A stretch of 64,000 nucleotides of DNA from Parcubacteria group bacterium Gr01-1014_13 (GCA_007376295.1 VMGB01000002.1:2843-66842); one strand, 5' to 3'; shown: positions 8,763 to 18,384, counted from the first letter of the stretch. Made by a program: numbers and translations. Notes: a model not told the origin generated them from the letters alone.

Positions 8763-9143
8763 ATGTTAAAAAATAGCATTCAATCTTTGGGCAGTTTGGA
8801 AGAAGAGATAATGCAAATTATTTGGAAAGAAAAAAACGTATCCGTACGTTTTATTTTTGATAAAATAAAAACAAAACGGCCAATTGCCTATACTACTGTC
8901 ATGACTATAATGTCACGCCTGCATACCAAAGGAATTTTAAACCGGCAACAGCAAGACGGTGCATATATTTATTCCCCGGCCCAAAGCAAAGAAAAGTTTT
9001 TAGAAAAAATTTCCGAAAAAATAATAAAAAATCTGATAAATAGTTATGGCGATGTGGCTGTAGCGCAATTTATCGATATTATTGAAGCGAGTCACTTAAA
9101 AAAATCTTCCGACTGGCAGAAAAGATTAAAAAAAATCAAATAA
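8763..9143 (+). CDS. BlaI/MecI/CopY family repressor
   Basis: LGSLEEEIMQIIW...AYTTVMTIMSRLHTKGIL...YIYSP. Confidence 0.93.
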   Translation: MLKNSIQSLGSLEEEIMQIIWKEKNVSVRFIFDKIKTKRPIAYTTVMTIMSRLHTKGILNRQQQDGAYIYSPAQSKEKFLEKISEKIIKNLINSYGDVAVAQFIDIIEASHLKKSSDWQKRLKKIK

Positions 9144-9144
9144 T

Positions 9145-10206
9145 ATGCGTGCCAGCCTGCGAATAAAATCAAATTTGCTTTTTTTTCAAATTGTTTCTTT
9201 GGGAACAATCATATTTTTATTATTTGCCGGTCTGATTTTCAAAATTTATAACTATATTTTTTCCGCCACCGGTGAATTCGCTTTGGATAAAGCTAACGCG
9301 GCTTGCGGATGCACAACATTTGCTTCGCCAAACCACACTACTCTTATCGGCTTTCTTCTTTTTGTTGGTGCGGCTCTGGCACTGACACTAATCATCGCAG
9401 CCGGCCGGGTAATTTTTTCCACTATTAAAACAAACAGATTTGTTCGGTTTAAAAAAACAAAACTGACTCAAAAATCTTTTAAGTTAGCCCAAATTACGGA
9501 TATACTTGGCATTACCAGCAGAGTAGAAGAAATTGCCAGCAATGACCCAACTATCTTTTGCTACGGACTAATCAAACCAAAAATCTGCGTTTCGTCTAAA
9601 GTCGTAGATTCCCTCAGCTCTGCCGAATTGCGAGCAGTGTTAAGGCATGAAACTCAACATATGATCTCACGTGAACCAGCTAAATTACTGGTAATCAAAT
9701 TCATTAATACCTTCCGATTTATTCCGGGGATCAAAAACCTCACAAAAAAATATTTATCTTTTTCTGAACTAGCCGCCGACGAACTTGCCACAAACAATTT
9801 TACAGAAAAAACAGACCTGGCGCGGGCTATGAGCAAAATTTTGGCGCTTGAAGAAAAAACAATCATCCAAAAAGGTATGGCACTTTCCTTTTTCAGTCAA
9901 ATTACCGAAGACCGGGTGCGTGTGTTGAGTGAAAACGACTACATTCCAACATTTAGCCGAGAAATTATAAAAGTTTCTTTGGGTATTGCCGTAGCTATCG
10001 CGATATTTTTTTATTTCTCTTCCGAAATTAAAGCGCAGACAAATTATACCAAACAACTTTATGCAAATTCCCCGTGCATTAACCAAGAACTCAGACCTGA
10101 GCGATGTGAAAATGGCTGGACCAATTGTAAAAACCAAATTTTTCACAAAAAAAATATTTCCTGCAAAAATAACAACGTGTGGATAACTAATACTTTGACA
10201 AAATAA
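9145..10206 (+). CDS. BlaR1/MecR1-like M56 metallopeptidase sensor with short Cys-rich C-terminus
   Basis: FCYGLIKPKI, HETQH (HExxH), ELAADE; no penicillin-binding domain. Confidence 0.88.
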   Translation: MRASLRIKSNLLFFQIVSLGTIIFLLFAGLIFKIYNYIFSATGEFALDKANAACGCTTFASPNHTTLIGFLLFVGAALALTLIIAAGRVIFSTIKTNRFVRFKKTKLTQKSFKLAQITDILGITSRVEEIASNDPTIFCYGLIKPKICVSSKVVDSLSSAELRAVLRHETQHMISREPAKLLVIKFINTFRFIPGIKNLTKKYLSFSELAADELATNNFTEKTDLARAMSKILALEEKTIIQKGMALSFFSQITEDRVRVLSENDYIPTFSREIIKVSLGIAVAIAIFFYFSSEIKAQTNYTKQLYANSPCINQELRPERCENGWTNCKNQIFHKKNISCKNNNVWITNTLTK

Positions 10207-10213
10207 TTCTCTT

Positions 10214-10232
10214 CTACTACAATACGTAGTAG
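10214..10232. promoter_or_regulatory. BlaI/CopY-type operator 2
   Basis: CTACTAC-AATAC-GTAGTAG over the -10 of a TTGACA-17-TACAAT promoter (10195-10223). Confidence 0.8.
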
Positions 10233-10254
10233 ATATATAAATAATATAAAAATT

Positions 10255-10989
10255 ATGAAACTTCCGTTTCTAGAAAATAAAAAAAATGTTTTAAACTTGG
10301 TGCTATTGGGTCTACTCACAACTTCTATAGTGACCAACCAAACAGTTCTGGCTAATACTAAAAAAATAATTGGTGTAAATCATGGAGTTTTATCATCAAT
10401 CGGCTCAATTAAACTATTTAGCAACACAAAACTTACTGGTAACCTGTCAGAAGATGCCACTAAGATTTCATTTAAACAGGGCATACCCGAAAAATACGGC
10501 CCGGAATTAAATGTTAATTTTGACCAAGTACAGGGTGCTATAGACATTTTGAAACAATATGATCCTGGCTATGGCAGACAAAAAATTTCTTTGGCCGGCG
10601 AAGAAAAACAACGCTACATTAACGTCGGACGAAAAATATCCTGTGAATATTGCTGTGGAGTTGATGGTATTGTCTTTGCAAACGGAGAAGCCGCTTGTGG
10701 TTGCGCTCATTCCCAAGCAATGCGCGGTTTGGCAGCTTATTTAATAAAAAATCACGGCCCAGAATATACGGACGACCAAATTTTAAGAGAACTAGCCGCC
10801 TGGAAGGGTCGTTATTTCCCTAAACAAATGGTACAAAAAACCATGGACCAAATCCAAAGCGGTAAATATACTCCTGATATAGCCGCCCTGCTCTTAGATG
10901 TAAAGCTGCCAAAATATGGAGCAAATGACATCAAATCACCTGCGCCGTCTGACTTAGAAAATGCGCCAGGCATGGTGGGCGGATGTTAA
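10255..10989 (+). CDS. Membrane-anchored Cys-rich protein (CEYCCG...ACGCAH; C-terminal MVGGC)
   Basis: N-terminal hydrophobic segment, clustered Cys/His. Confidence 0.8.
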   Translation: MKLPFLENKKNVLNLVLLGLLTTSIVTNQTVLANTKKIIGVNHGVLSSIGSIKLFSNTKLTGNLSEDATKISFKQGIPEKYGPELNVNFDQVQGAIDILKQYDPGYGRQKISLAGEEKQRYINVGRKISCEYCCGVDGIVFANGEAACGCAHSQAMRGLAAYLIKNHGPEYTDDQILRELAAWKGRYFPKQMVQKTMDQIQSGKYTPDIAALLLDVKLPKYGANDIKSPAPSDLENAPGMVGGC

Positions 10990-11030
10990 AAATAATTGAA
11001 ATAATGAATAATTAAAAATAATTTAAAAAT

Positions 11031-11330
11031 ATGCACGACCACACAACAAATCAACAACCAATGCCGGAAAATAACACCCCTCACAACGAATTGGAAGCAA
11101 TAAAAAATGAAGTCACTGCTAAAATGGCAGAAACCAAGGATAAAAATTTACCTTGGGGAAATATTACTGTCACAGTTATTTTAGCAGCGCTTACGCTGAT
11201 GTCTGTGGGACAAACTGTAGAATCTGTTTATATCTTCAACAAACTAAAATCCGGCAATATTGGTCCATCGACTGGCGCGCCGCAGGCGAACTCACCACAG
11301 AACGCTCCGGACATGGTGGGTGGTTGCTAA
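11031..11330 (+). CDS. Single-TM protein with C-terminal MVGGC
   Basis: One TM; C-terminus NAPDMVGGC. Confidence 0.75.
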   Translation: MHDHTTNQQPMPENNTPHNELEAIKNEVTAKMAETKDKNLPWGNITVTVILAALTLMSVGQTVESVYIFNKLKSGNIGPSTGAPQANSPQNAPDMVGGC

Positions 11331-11344
11331 AATAAGATTTTATT

Positions 11345-12178
11345 ATGCAAGAAAATACTAAAGACGAATTAAAAATAAATCACCGATTTCTAATGGCGGT
11401 TTCTGCAGTAATATTTTTGGGTACGGCCGTTACTACCGCACTATTTGTCAAAAACAATGACGTTTTAAATAAAAAATTAGCGCAAACAGCTGAAACCAGC
11501 CGCCCAGCCAACTTAGAACTAGTGATGATAAATGACAAAACTTGCCCAGATTGTTTCGACACAGCCGCCATAATTAATCAAATAAAAAAAGAGGGCGTAA
11601 AAATTGATTCCGATAAGAATATAGATCGCTCTAGTGACGAAGGCAAACAACTAATTGCAAAATTTGCTATAAAAAAACTACCAACATTTTTGGTAAAAGG
11701 GGAATTGAAAAAAAATTCCGTCTTAGCCAATTTCTTTTCTCAGGCTGGAGATACAATTGATGATACTTTTGTCTTTAGACAAGTAGGCGGGCCATATTTT
11801 GATACAGCTACTAACAAAGTAAAAGGCAAAGTTAATTTGGTTTTAATTACAGATGTTACCTGCACCCAGTGTTATGATGTTGCCCAACATGAAGCAATTT
11901 TGAAACAATTTGGCATTACCACTGCAGCAAAAGTAGCGGATATAAAATCAGATCTTGGTAAAGCGTTAATAAAAGCTTATGGTATAAAAATGGTTCCGGC
12001 TTTCGTGCTAACTGGTGAAATAAAAGAATATCCTAGTTTGACATCAGTCTGGTCTCAAGTCGGTTTTGTAGCCAAAGACGGTGCTTATGTCTTTACCAAA
12101 GGCGTACCATTTATGGGTACTTACAAAGACCTCGCTACCAACAAAGTGGTAACTCCTGCGCCAGAAACATCTAACTAA
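11345..12178 (+). CDS. Membrane-anchored tandem thioredoxin-like protein
   Basis: Two repeats each with CxxC (CPDC, CTQC) followed by cis-Pro-like motifs (IKKLPTF, IKMVPAF). Confidence 0.75.
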   Translation: MQENTKDELKINHRFLMAVSAVIFLGTAVTTALFVKNNDVLNKKLAQTAETSRPANLELVMINDKTCPDCFDTAAIINQIKKEGVKIDSDKNIDRSSDEGKQLIAKFAIKKLPTFLVKGELKKNSVLANFFSQAGDTIDDTFVFRQVGGPYFDTATNKVKGKVNLVLITDVTCTQCYDVAQHEAILKQFGITTAAKVADIKSDLGKALIKAYGIKMVPAFVLTGEIKEYPSLTSVWSQVGFVAKDGAYVFTKGVPFMGTYKDLATNKVVTPAPETSN

Positions 12179-12183
12179 CTTTT

Positions 12184-12684
12184 ATGAATGGTAATAACCA
12201 AAAATCCTCCCCTGTAGTTTGGATTATTATCGGTTTAATTACCGTTGCTGTTGTATTTCTTATTTTCAAGAGCACAAACGCTCCAGAGCGGCCACCTAAA
12301 ACAAATAGAGAAGTAGCTATGATTTGTACCACAGATATGGCTACCCAATTTCATATCCATCCTAATCTAAAAATTATAATCAATGGCCAGGCACAAGAAC
12401 TCCCCACAAATATCGGCATTAGTAATAGCTGTATGAATCCGCTTCATACTCATGATGACAGCGGAAAAATCCACGTTGAATCACCAGAAAAAAGAGATTT
12501 TACTTTGGCTGATTTCTTTGCCGTTTGGAAAAAAACTTTCACCAAAGACCAGATCCTAAATTACAAAGTTGACGAAACACACACTATCCGTGAAACAGTA
12601 AATGGTGTTGAAACAAAAGATTACGAAAATACCGTGCTTTATGATGGAGACCAAATAATTATCTACTACGAAGAAAAAAAGTAA
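12184..12684 (+). CDS. Membrane-anchored His-rich metal-binding protein
   Basis: FHIHP, PTNIGI, LHTHDDSGKIHVES, FTLADFFAVW. Confidence 0.75.
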   Translation: MNGNNQKSSPVVWIIIGLITVAVVFLIFKSTNAPERPPKTNREVAMICTTDMATQFHIHPNLKIIINGQAQELPTNIGISNSCMNPLHTHDDSGKIHVESPEKRDFTLADFFAVWKKTFTKDQILNYKVDETHTIRETVNGVETKDYENTVLYDGDQIIIYYEEKK

Positions 12685-12685
12685 T

Positions 12686-13171
12686 ATGATGTTGCTGCAA
12701 ATTATTACCTCTGTTTTAAAAAGAAAAAAATACGGCCTTATTGCGCTGGGCGCGGGAATTATAATGGCCGGACTTTCGTATTATCTTACAATTGTAAATG
12801 TGGCCTTCCATAGTTTCTCAATTCTTTTACAGATGGACGGACCATTATTTACCACCGTTTCCTTTGCGCTTTCTCTGGCTATTTCGGCGCTATTTGGAAT
12901 CTACCTGGGGTTAATTTTTTTTAGACATGACCTGATGAAAGGCAATAAAAATGCCAAAGCAATGGCATCTGGCTTAGGAGGTACTATTGCCGGGGTTGTC
13001 GCTTCAGCCTGCCCTACTTGCGGAGCGCCCTTACTAGCTTTGTTTGGCGCGCCTTTAGGCCTGATGGCTCTGCCTTTTCAAGGATTGGAAATTAAAGTTG
13101 TGAGTATTTTACTTCTACTTCTTTCTGTTTATCTTCTAGCTCAGAGTATAGAGAAAAAATTGAATTGTTAA
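12686..13171 (+). CDS. Four-TM membrane protein with intramembrane CPTC
   Basis: ASACPTCGAPLL within hydrophobic helices. Confidence 0.75.
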   Translation: MMLLQIITSVLKRKKYGLIALGAGIIMAGLSYYLTIVNVAFHSFSILLQMDGPLFTTVSFALSLAISALFGIYLGLIFFRHDLMKGNKNAKAMASGLGGTIAGVVASACPTCGAPLLALFGAPLGLMALPFQGLEIKVVSILLLLLSVYLLAQSIEKKLNC

Positions 13172-13240
13172 AACCGACCGGACAAATCCAAATCCCAATC
13201 CAAAACCGCTGACATCCGAATCCAAATTCCAAATCCAAAT
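13171..13240 (-). repeat. Imperfect (A)TTTGG microrepeat tract immediately 3' of the DGR-like target gene
   Basis: Minus strand ATTTGGATTTGGAATTTGGATTCGG...TTTTGGATTGGGATTTGGATTTG. Confidence 0.7.
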
Positions 13241-14347
13241 CTATTTCTGTTTGCGCGAGAGGACGAGACGAACGGCAATATCCGGATTAGCAAAGACACG
13301 CCAGTAGTCGCCTACGCGAGCAGCCCCACCATCATCACGGTCGCGGCCAATAAGGCCGTGACGGTCATCGACCCCAAGAAAATAATTATCAAAATTGGTC
13401 CAAAGATCTTTTTGACCCCAGCCTTGAGCTGACGCTAGTCGGGCATATTCGTCTTGTCTAATGGGGCGAAATTCAAATTGTTCAGGGTCGCATTTTAGTT
13501 TATTTAGGATTTCTTTGTGTTTTTTGGTGGGAATACGTTTGGCCGGATCTCCTTCCCAGAGGGCGGTGTCTAGGTCTTGTCGGCGGATATTTACCGCGCT
13601 ATCAGCAGACTTTCTGCCATGTTGATTGGCCAGCTCTGGAGGAAGCAGGGCTTTTAAAAGTTTGGATGTGTGAGATTTTTTGGCTTTTTTATCTTCATAG
13701 TCTTGTTCTGTCCAGTTATCTACAAAAAGAATTTCGTCTTCTTGAAAACGAGGAGCGGCAGACTGCCTGTCTGCTCCTTCTAAATTAGAGACAATTCTGT
13801 TTTGGGCTAATTGTTGTAGATACCAAAAATCGTTTGGCGGCACACAGGGCATGGAAAGGTTAGGACATTCTTTTTTCCAATTCTTGATAAAGGCTTGTTG
13901 ACCCTGTTCTGTATTTATATCCATCTTGTTGTTTATCACTTCTTGCAACAGACGCTCGGCAGCTTCGCTGCCGCGGATAATACTTAATTCTAGATTATAT
14001 TCTTCTTTGGCTTTTTCATAGTCTATATTATTGGTTTCAGGGTCGGATTGAAGAGCGGCGGCGGCTTCTTCATCAGTAAGTGTTAAAGAATATTGCGAAC
14101 GCAATTTGTCTAATTTTTCTTTAATTATTTTTGGTTCTGGCCAAATTTTTTGATCTATATATTGGAGAATGATATCTGCCTTGGTGGAGTCAAAGCTATT
14201 TAGAAATTCAAAATATTCGGCTGTGTCGGTTTTCACAACTCCCAATTCCTCTAATTTATCATGGAGTACGTGATGCTCCGGAGAGAATTTGGCAACTTCG
14301 ACTTGGATTTTTTGAGATTCGGGGTTAAATTCTTGGGATTCGGACAT
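13241..14347 (-). CDS. Putative DGR target protein with C-terminal CLec-like variable region
   Basis: C-terminus LWTNFD...GG AARVGDYW...NPDIAVRLV; 34 of the 39 codons from V(GTC) to S(TCG) end in C/T; local GC jump. Confidence 0.7.
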   Translation of the reverse strand: MSESQEFNPESQKIQVEVAKFSPEHHVLHDKLEELGVVKTDTAEYFEFLNSFDSTKADIILQYIDQKIWPEPKIIKEKLDKLRSQYSLTLTDEEAAAALQSDPETNNIDYEKAKEEYNLELSIIRGSEAAERLLQEVINNKMDINTEQGQQAFIKNWKKECPNLSMPCVPPNDFWYLQQLAQNRIVSNLEGADRQSAAPRFQEDEILFVDNWTEQDYEDKKAKKSHTSKLLKALLPPELANQHGRKSADSAVNIRRQDLDTALWEGDPAKRIPTKKHKEILNKLKCDPEQFEFRPIRQDEYARLASAQGWGQKDLWTNFDNYFLGVDDRHGLIGRDRDDGGAARVGDYWRVFANPDIAVRLVLSRKQK

Positions 14348-14417
14348 ATGGGTTAGAGTTTAAAAATTTAAATTATTTAATTTATACTTACTCTTAAAAA
14401 ACCCCAATTTAAAACGA

Positions 14418-17099
14418 CTACTTCATTTCACCCCAACTGCGGTTGATACTAATACCAACTTTTACCGGTACACGCAGAGTCACCACATTCTCCATTATAC
14501 TTTTTACCAGATCGGCAACTTCGTCGGCCAATTCTTTTTTTACTTCCAAAACCAATTCGTCGTGTACCTGTAAAAGTATTTTGGCCTGACTTAGAGATTT
14601 ATTTTTATTATCTTTTATTTTTTTATGCACTTCAATCATCGCCATCTTCATCAAATCCGCGGCTGTACCCTGTATTGGATGATTTACAGCCATGCGTTCA
14701 GCAGCTGCCCGCATCTGAAAATTAGTTGCGTTTAATTCTGGCAAATAACGGCGGCGGCCAAACAAAGTTTCGCAATAACCTTCTTTTTTAGTAAATTCCA
14801 AAGTCCGGTCTATATATTCCCGCACCCCGCTAAACGCCTCAAAATATTTTCTGATAAAATCTTTGGCTTCGGCCTGGGAAATACCGGTGCGCCAGCTAAG
14901 CCCATACGAACCCATGCCGTAGAGCACGCCAAAGTTTACTTCCTTGGCTGCATAACGCATCTCTTTGGTTACTTCTGAGAGTGGCACGTTGTTTATGGCC
15001 GCGGCAGTCGCTTTATGAATATCTTCATCGTTGTTAAAAATCTCAATCATGCGCTTGTCTTGGGCTAGCGAGGCCACTATACGCAATTCAATCTGTGAAT
15101 AATCCGCGCTGACCAAAACATTGCCCGGTTCAGCCACAAAGGCCTTGCGTATTTCTCGTCCTAACTCGCTACGAATAGGAATATTTTGCAAATTTGGATC
15201 CAAGCTAGACAAACGGCCAGTAGCAGCCACAGTTTGATTAAAGTGAGAGTGGATTCTGCCGGTTTTTTTATTTATCAAATCCGGCAGTACATCTATATAT
15301 GTATTTTTCAGCTTAGCCAGTTCGCGATAGGTAGAAATCTCTTCGATAATCGGATGCAGACCGCGCATTTTTTCCAATTCTTCAGCTGAAGTAGAGAGAC
15401 CGGTCTTGCCTTTTTTTATACCAGCCACAGAAATATCTAATTTATCAAACAGAACTTCCCTTAATTGTATTGGCGAAGCGATATTAAATTCCATGCCGGC
15501 TAGTTTATATATTTTTTTGGTTAATTTGTCTAAACTTTCTGTTGCTTCAACGGATAATTTTTTTAACATGGTTTTATCTACCGCAATGCCATTTAGTTCC
15601 ATCTCAGCCAAAACATATTCCAACTGCATTTCCATTTTTTTAAACAAACCAAAATTATCAGCTTTTTCCAATTCAATTTTTAATTTTTCTTTGGCCTGAT
15701 TGATTAAAAATATCTCTTCCGCCAAACTTTTTTTATCTATGCCAAACAAACTTGTTTGCGCTGTATTTTGCGGCAGAACTTTTCCCAAAACTTTTAGCAG
15801 TATGCTGGTAATATCGTGCGCTTTACTGCCAGAATTTAATAAATACGAAGCAACCATCACATCAAACATGTCATTTTCTGGAACTAATTCAAAATTGTAT
15901 TGCAAAGTTTTTATTAATTCTTTCAGATCATGACCAACTAATTCTAAACTGCTGTCCTTAAACAAAGGTAAAACTTTTTTTACCATTTTAGCATCAACAA
16001 AAAATACTTCTGACTTAACAGTTACCATTAAACCAAGAAATTCACTATCCAAAACTTCTTTGCCGCTTAAAACTGCCCGGCAAGCAAATGATTTATTTTC
16101 TTTTACTAATTTAATTAATTTTTCCAATTCATTTTCTTTATTTACTTCAGAAAAAATCATTTTTTCTGCACTTTTGTGTTTTCCCTGCTTGTCATGTAGT
16201 TCCGCTTCAGTAGAAAAACCGGGAATTCTTTTTAAAAGTGAAACAAATTCAAACTTTTGGAATAGCTTACTGATTTTCTCCTTATCAAAATCTTTAATTT
16301 CGCAATGCTTAAAATCAAACTTTAAATCGGGAACATCACAATTTATGGTCGACAATTCTTTGCTCATCTTAGCGCTGGCTTCGCCCTCAATCAGTTTGGC
16401 TATCACGCCAGGTTTTAATTCTTTAGCTATTTTTTCTCTATTTTTTAATTGTTTATATATATTATCTATACTCCCAAATTTTAAAATTAATTCGGTTGCG
16501 CTTTTCTCTCCGATTCCAGGCACGCCTGGAATATTGTCTGAAGCATCACCGCGTAAAGCTTTATAATCCACCATTTTTTCTGGTCCAAAACCAAATCTGG
16601 CTTTTACGCCAGCTACATCATAAACTACTACATCGCTAATTCCTTTGCGCAAGGTATATACTTTTGCTTTGTCGCTCACTAGTTGTAAAGTATCCATATC
16701 GCCAGTGACGATAAATACTTCTGTGTCCTTTTCTTTTTCCAATTTTTTTACAATCGTGCCAATCACATCATCGGCTTCATAACCTTTTTTTTCATAAATC
16801 GGCAAATCAAAAGATTCTACCAATTCGTGTACCAAAGGTATCTGATCATATAATGCTTGATCTGCTTTTACCCGCGTGGCTTTGTATTCTTTGTATTGCA
16901 CATGCCGAAAAGTCGGGCCAGACATATCAAAAGTCACGGCAATACAGCTTGGCTGTAAATCTTTCCAAACTTTAAGCAGCATGGAAGCAAATCCATAAAC
17001 TGCATTTACCATTTTTCCATCTTTAGTGGTAAGCGGAGGAATAGCGTGATAGGCGCGATGGATAATGGCGTTGCCGTCGAAAATAATAATTCTTTTCAT
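14418..17099 (-). CDS. polA: DNA polymerase I
   Basis: DGNAIIHRAYHA, EADDVIGT, TGRLSS, DYSQIELR, LQVHDEL; start set at MKRIIIFDG. Confidence 0.98.
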   Translation of the reverse strand: MKRIIIFDGNAIIHRAYHAIPPLTTKDGKMVNAVYGFASMLLKVWKDLQPSCIAVTFDMSGPTFRHVQYKEYKATRVKADQALYDQIPLVHELVESFDLPIYEKKGYEADDVIGTIVKKLEKEKDTEVFIVTGDMDTLQLVSDKAKVYTLRKGISDVVVYDVAGVKARFGFGPEKMVDYKALRGDASDNIPGVPGIGEKSATELILKFGSIDNIYKQLKNREKIAKELKPGVIAKLIEGEASAKMSKELSTINCDVPDLKFDFKHCEIKDFDKEKISKLFQKFEFVSLLKRIPGFSTEAELHDKQGKHKSAEKMIFSEVNKENELEKLIKLVKENKSFACRAVLSGKEVLDSEFLGLMVTVKSEVFFVDAKMVKKVLPLFKDSSLELVGHDLKELIKTLQYNFELVPENDMFDVMVASYLLNSGSKAHDITSILLKVLGKVLPQNTAQTSLFGIDKKSLAEEIFLINQAKEKLKIELEKADNFGLFKKMEMQLEYVLAEMELNGIAVDKTMLKKLSVEATESLDKLTKKIYKLAGMEFNIASPIQLREVLFDKLDISVAGIKKGKTGLSTSAEELEKMRGLHPIIEEISTYRELAKLKNTYIDVLPDLINKKTGRIHSHFNQTVAATGRLSSLDPNLQNIPIRSELGREIRKAFVAEPGNVLVSADYSQIELRIVASLAQDKRMIEIFNNDEDIHKATAAAINNVPLSEVTKEMRYAAKEVNFGVLYGMGSYGLSWRTGISQAEAKDFIRKYFEAFSGVREYIDRTLEFTKKEGYCETLFGRRRYLPELNATNFQMRAAAERMAVNHPIQGTAADLMKMAMIEVHKKIKDNKNKSLSQAKILLQVHDELVLEVKKELADEVADLVKSIMENVVTLRVPVKVGISINRSWGEMK

Positions 17100-17228
17100 A
17101 CAAAAAACGAAAAAGTTTAGCAGTACTATTCTACCTTGTTGAATTTTTTTGAGCAAGAAAAAAGACGGTTCCCGAAGGATTGCCGTCTGTAGTCTGGCTG
17201 GTAAGCCTCTGGTCCAACTTAGCCGGGA

Positions 17229-17408
17229 CTAGAGAAACATCATCAGCCAGGCAAGGGCTAGAATCAAAACGAAAGTGGTTGCTTCCAGCAGAACAATTAC
17301 TGCTGGCTCGATCTTCAGTCCCACCCGCTGCAACCACAGATGGTGGTAGCGGCGGTGTGAAAGCTGCTGATTCTGCAAGTAAGAAGGCCTGTCCTTCATA
17401 TCAATCAT
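17229..17408 (-). CDS. 59-aa protein with C-terminal TM helix (not on ORF track)
   Basis: MIDMKDRPSY...LILALAWLMMFL; TTGACA-17-TATAAT promoter at about 17474-17502; AAGGGGG SD; terminator about 17158-17189. Confidence 0.55.
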   Translation of the reverse strand: MIDMKDRPSYLQNQQLSHRRYHHLWLQRVGLKIEPAVIVLLEATTFVLILALAWLMMFL

Positions 17409-17598
17409 TTCTGAAATTCCCCCTTTAGCGATTCTTGTTGTTATGGTGAAAATTCACCAATTACTCGACCGCTATTATACTCTAAAACAAGCCTTTTGTC
17501 AAGAGTATAATGCCATTTTTTGGCTAATATTAGAAAAAAGAAGACCCGCCGAGGCTTTATGCCAAGACGGGTTGTTGGTTGGGTCTACTATTATAGAG

Positions 17599-18171
17599 TC
17601 AGAGTCGCCGCCACAAACGGTAAGTGAAGAATAGTGGCGGAATACTGAACAGAAAGAAGCCAAGAGCGTAGAAGATATTGTTGGGAAAGACACTGATGCC
17701 GCTGGGTACTGTTACCTTGTACCCGTCATTCCCGTGATCCAGAAGCGTTTCACGCAACTTGAGTAAGATATTACTCCGCTCCAACTGCGTGGTTTCCGGT
17801 TTCACCTTCTCCAACTCATCGAGAGAAGATTTCAGGTTATTATACCAGAATCCAACATCATCATCTGGAGTATTGTACAGAATGGAAGTGTAGCCTTCCA
17901 TCATCTTGTTCTCTTCGAGATACGAGACAACAATTCTCATTTCCTTCGCAGCCATCTCTACGGTATTTGCATCAGCCGCCCGCTTAATATGATTGCCACA
18001 GTCACGGTCGAACAATACCATCTTAACGACACGCGCCCCGCTCAAAACAAGTAGTGGCAAAAGGACAAGTGTTCCCTTAAACACCCATTTCCAAAGCTTA
18101 TTTCTTGTCTTGGCCTGTTCTTTCTTGATCTCTTCCAGGATGCTTTGTGTCTTTTTACTGTAACTCATCAT
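17599..18171 (-). CDS. Hypothetical two-TM protein
   Basis: GGAGG SD before ATG; TTGACA promoter at about 18230. Confidence 0.7.
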   Translation of the reverse strand: MMSYSKKTQSILEEIKKEQAKTRNKLWKWVFKGTLVLLPLLVLSGARVVKMVLFDRDCGNHIKRAADANTVEMAAKEMRIVVSYLEENKMMEGYTSILYNTPDDDVGFWYNNLKSSLDELEKVKPETTQLERSNILLKLRETLLDHGNDGYKVTVPSGISVFPNNIFYALGFFLFSIPPLFFTYRLWRRL

Positions 18172-18267
18172 TCCTCCGGTTCGTAGTTGCAGATTCACCT
18201 AAAATTTACTCTAAAAAGACCCTCGTGTCAACAAGATGCTGGGTAAATTTATTACTACTGAAAAGTG

Positions 18268-18339
18268 AGGTCGCGGTGGGAATTGCACCCACGCATAGAG
18301 GTTTTGCAAACCACTGCCTTACTGCTTGGCTACGCGACC
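18268..18339 (-). tRNA. tRNA-Cys(GCA)
   Basis: Cloverleaf GGTCGCG...CGCGACC-T, anticodon loop TTGCAAA. Confidence 0.92.
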
Positions 18340-18384
18340 ATTTAAGTGATAGAACACTATCACTTATTATAAAATTTTTCAAGC

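Noticed and set aside
10980-11330. Selenocysteine extension after GGC
   Set aside because: Both ORFs stop with TAA, not TGA.
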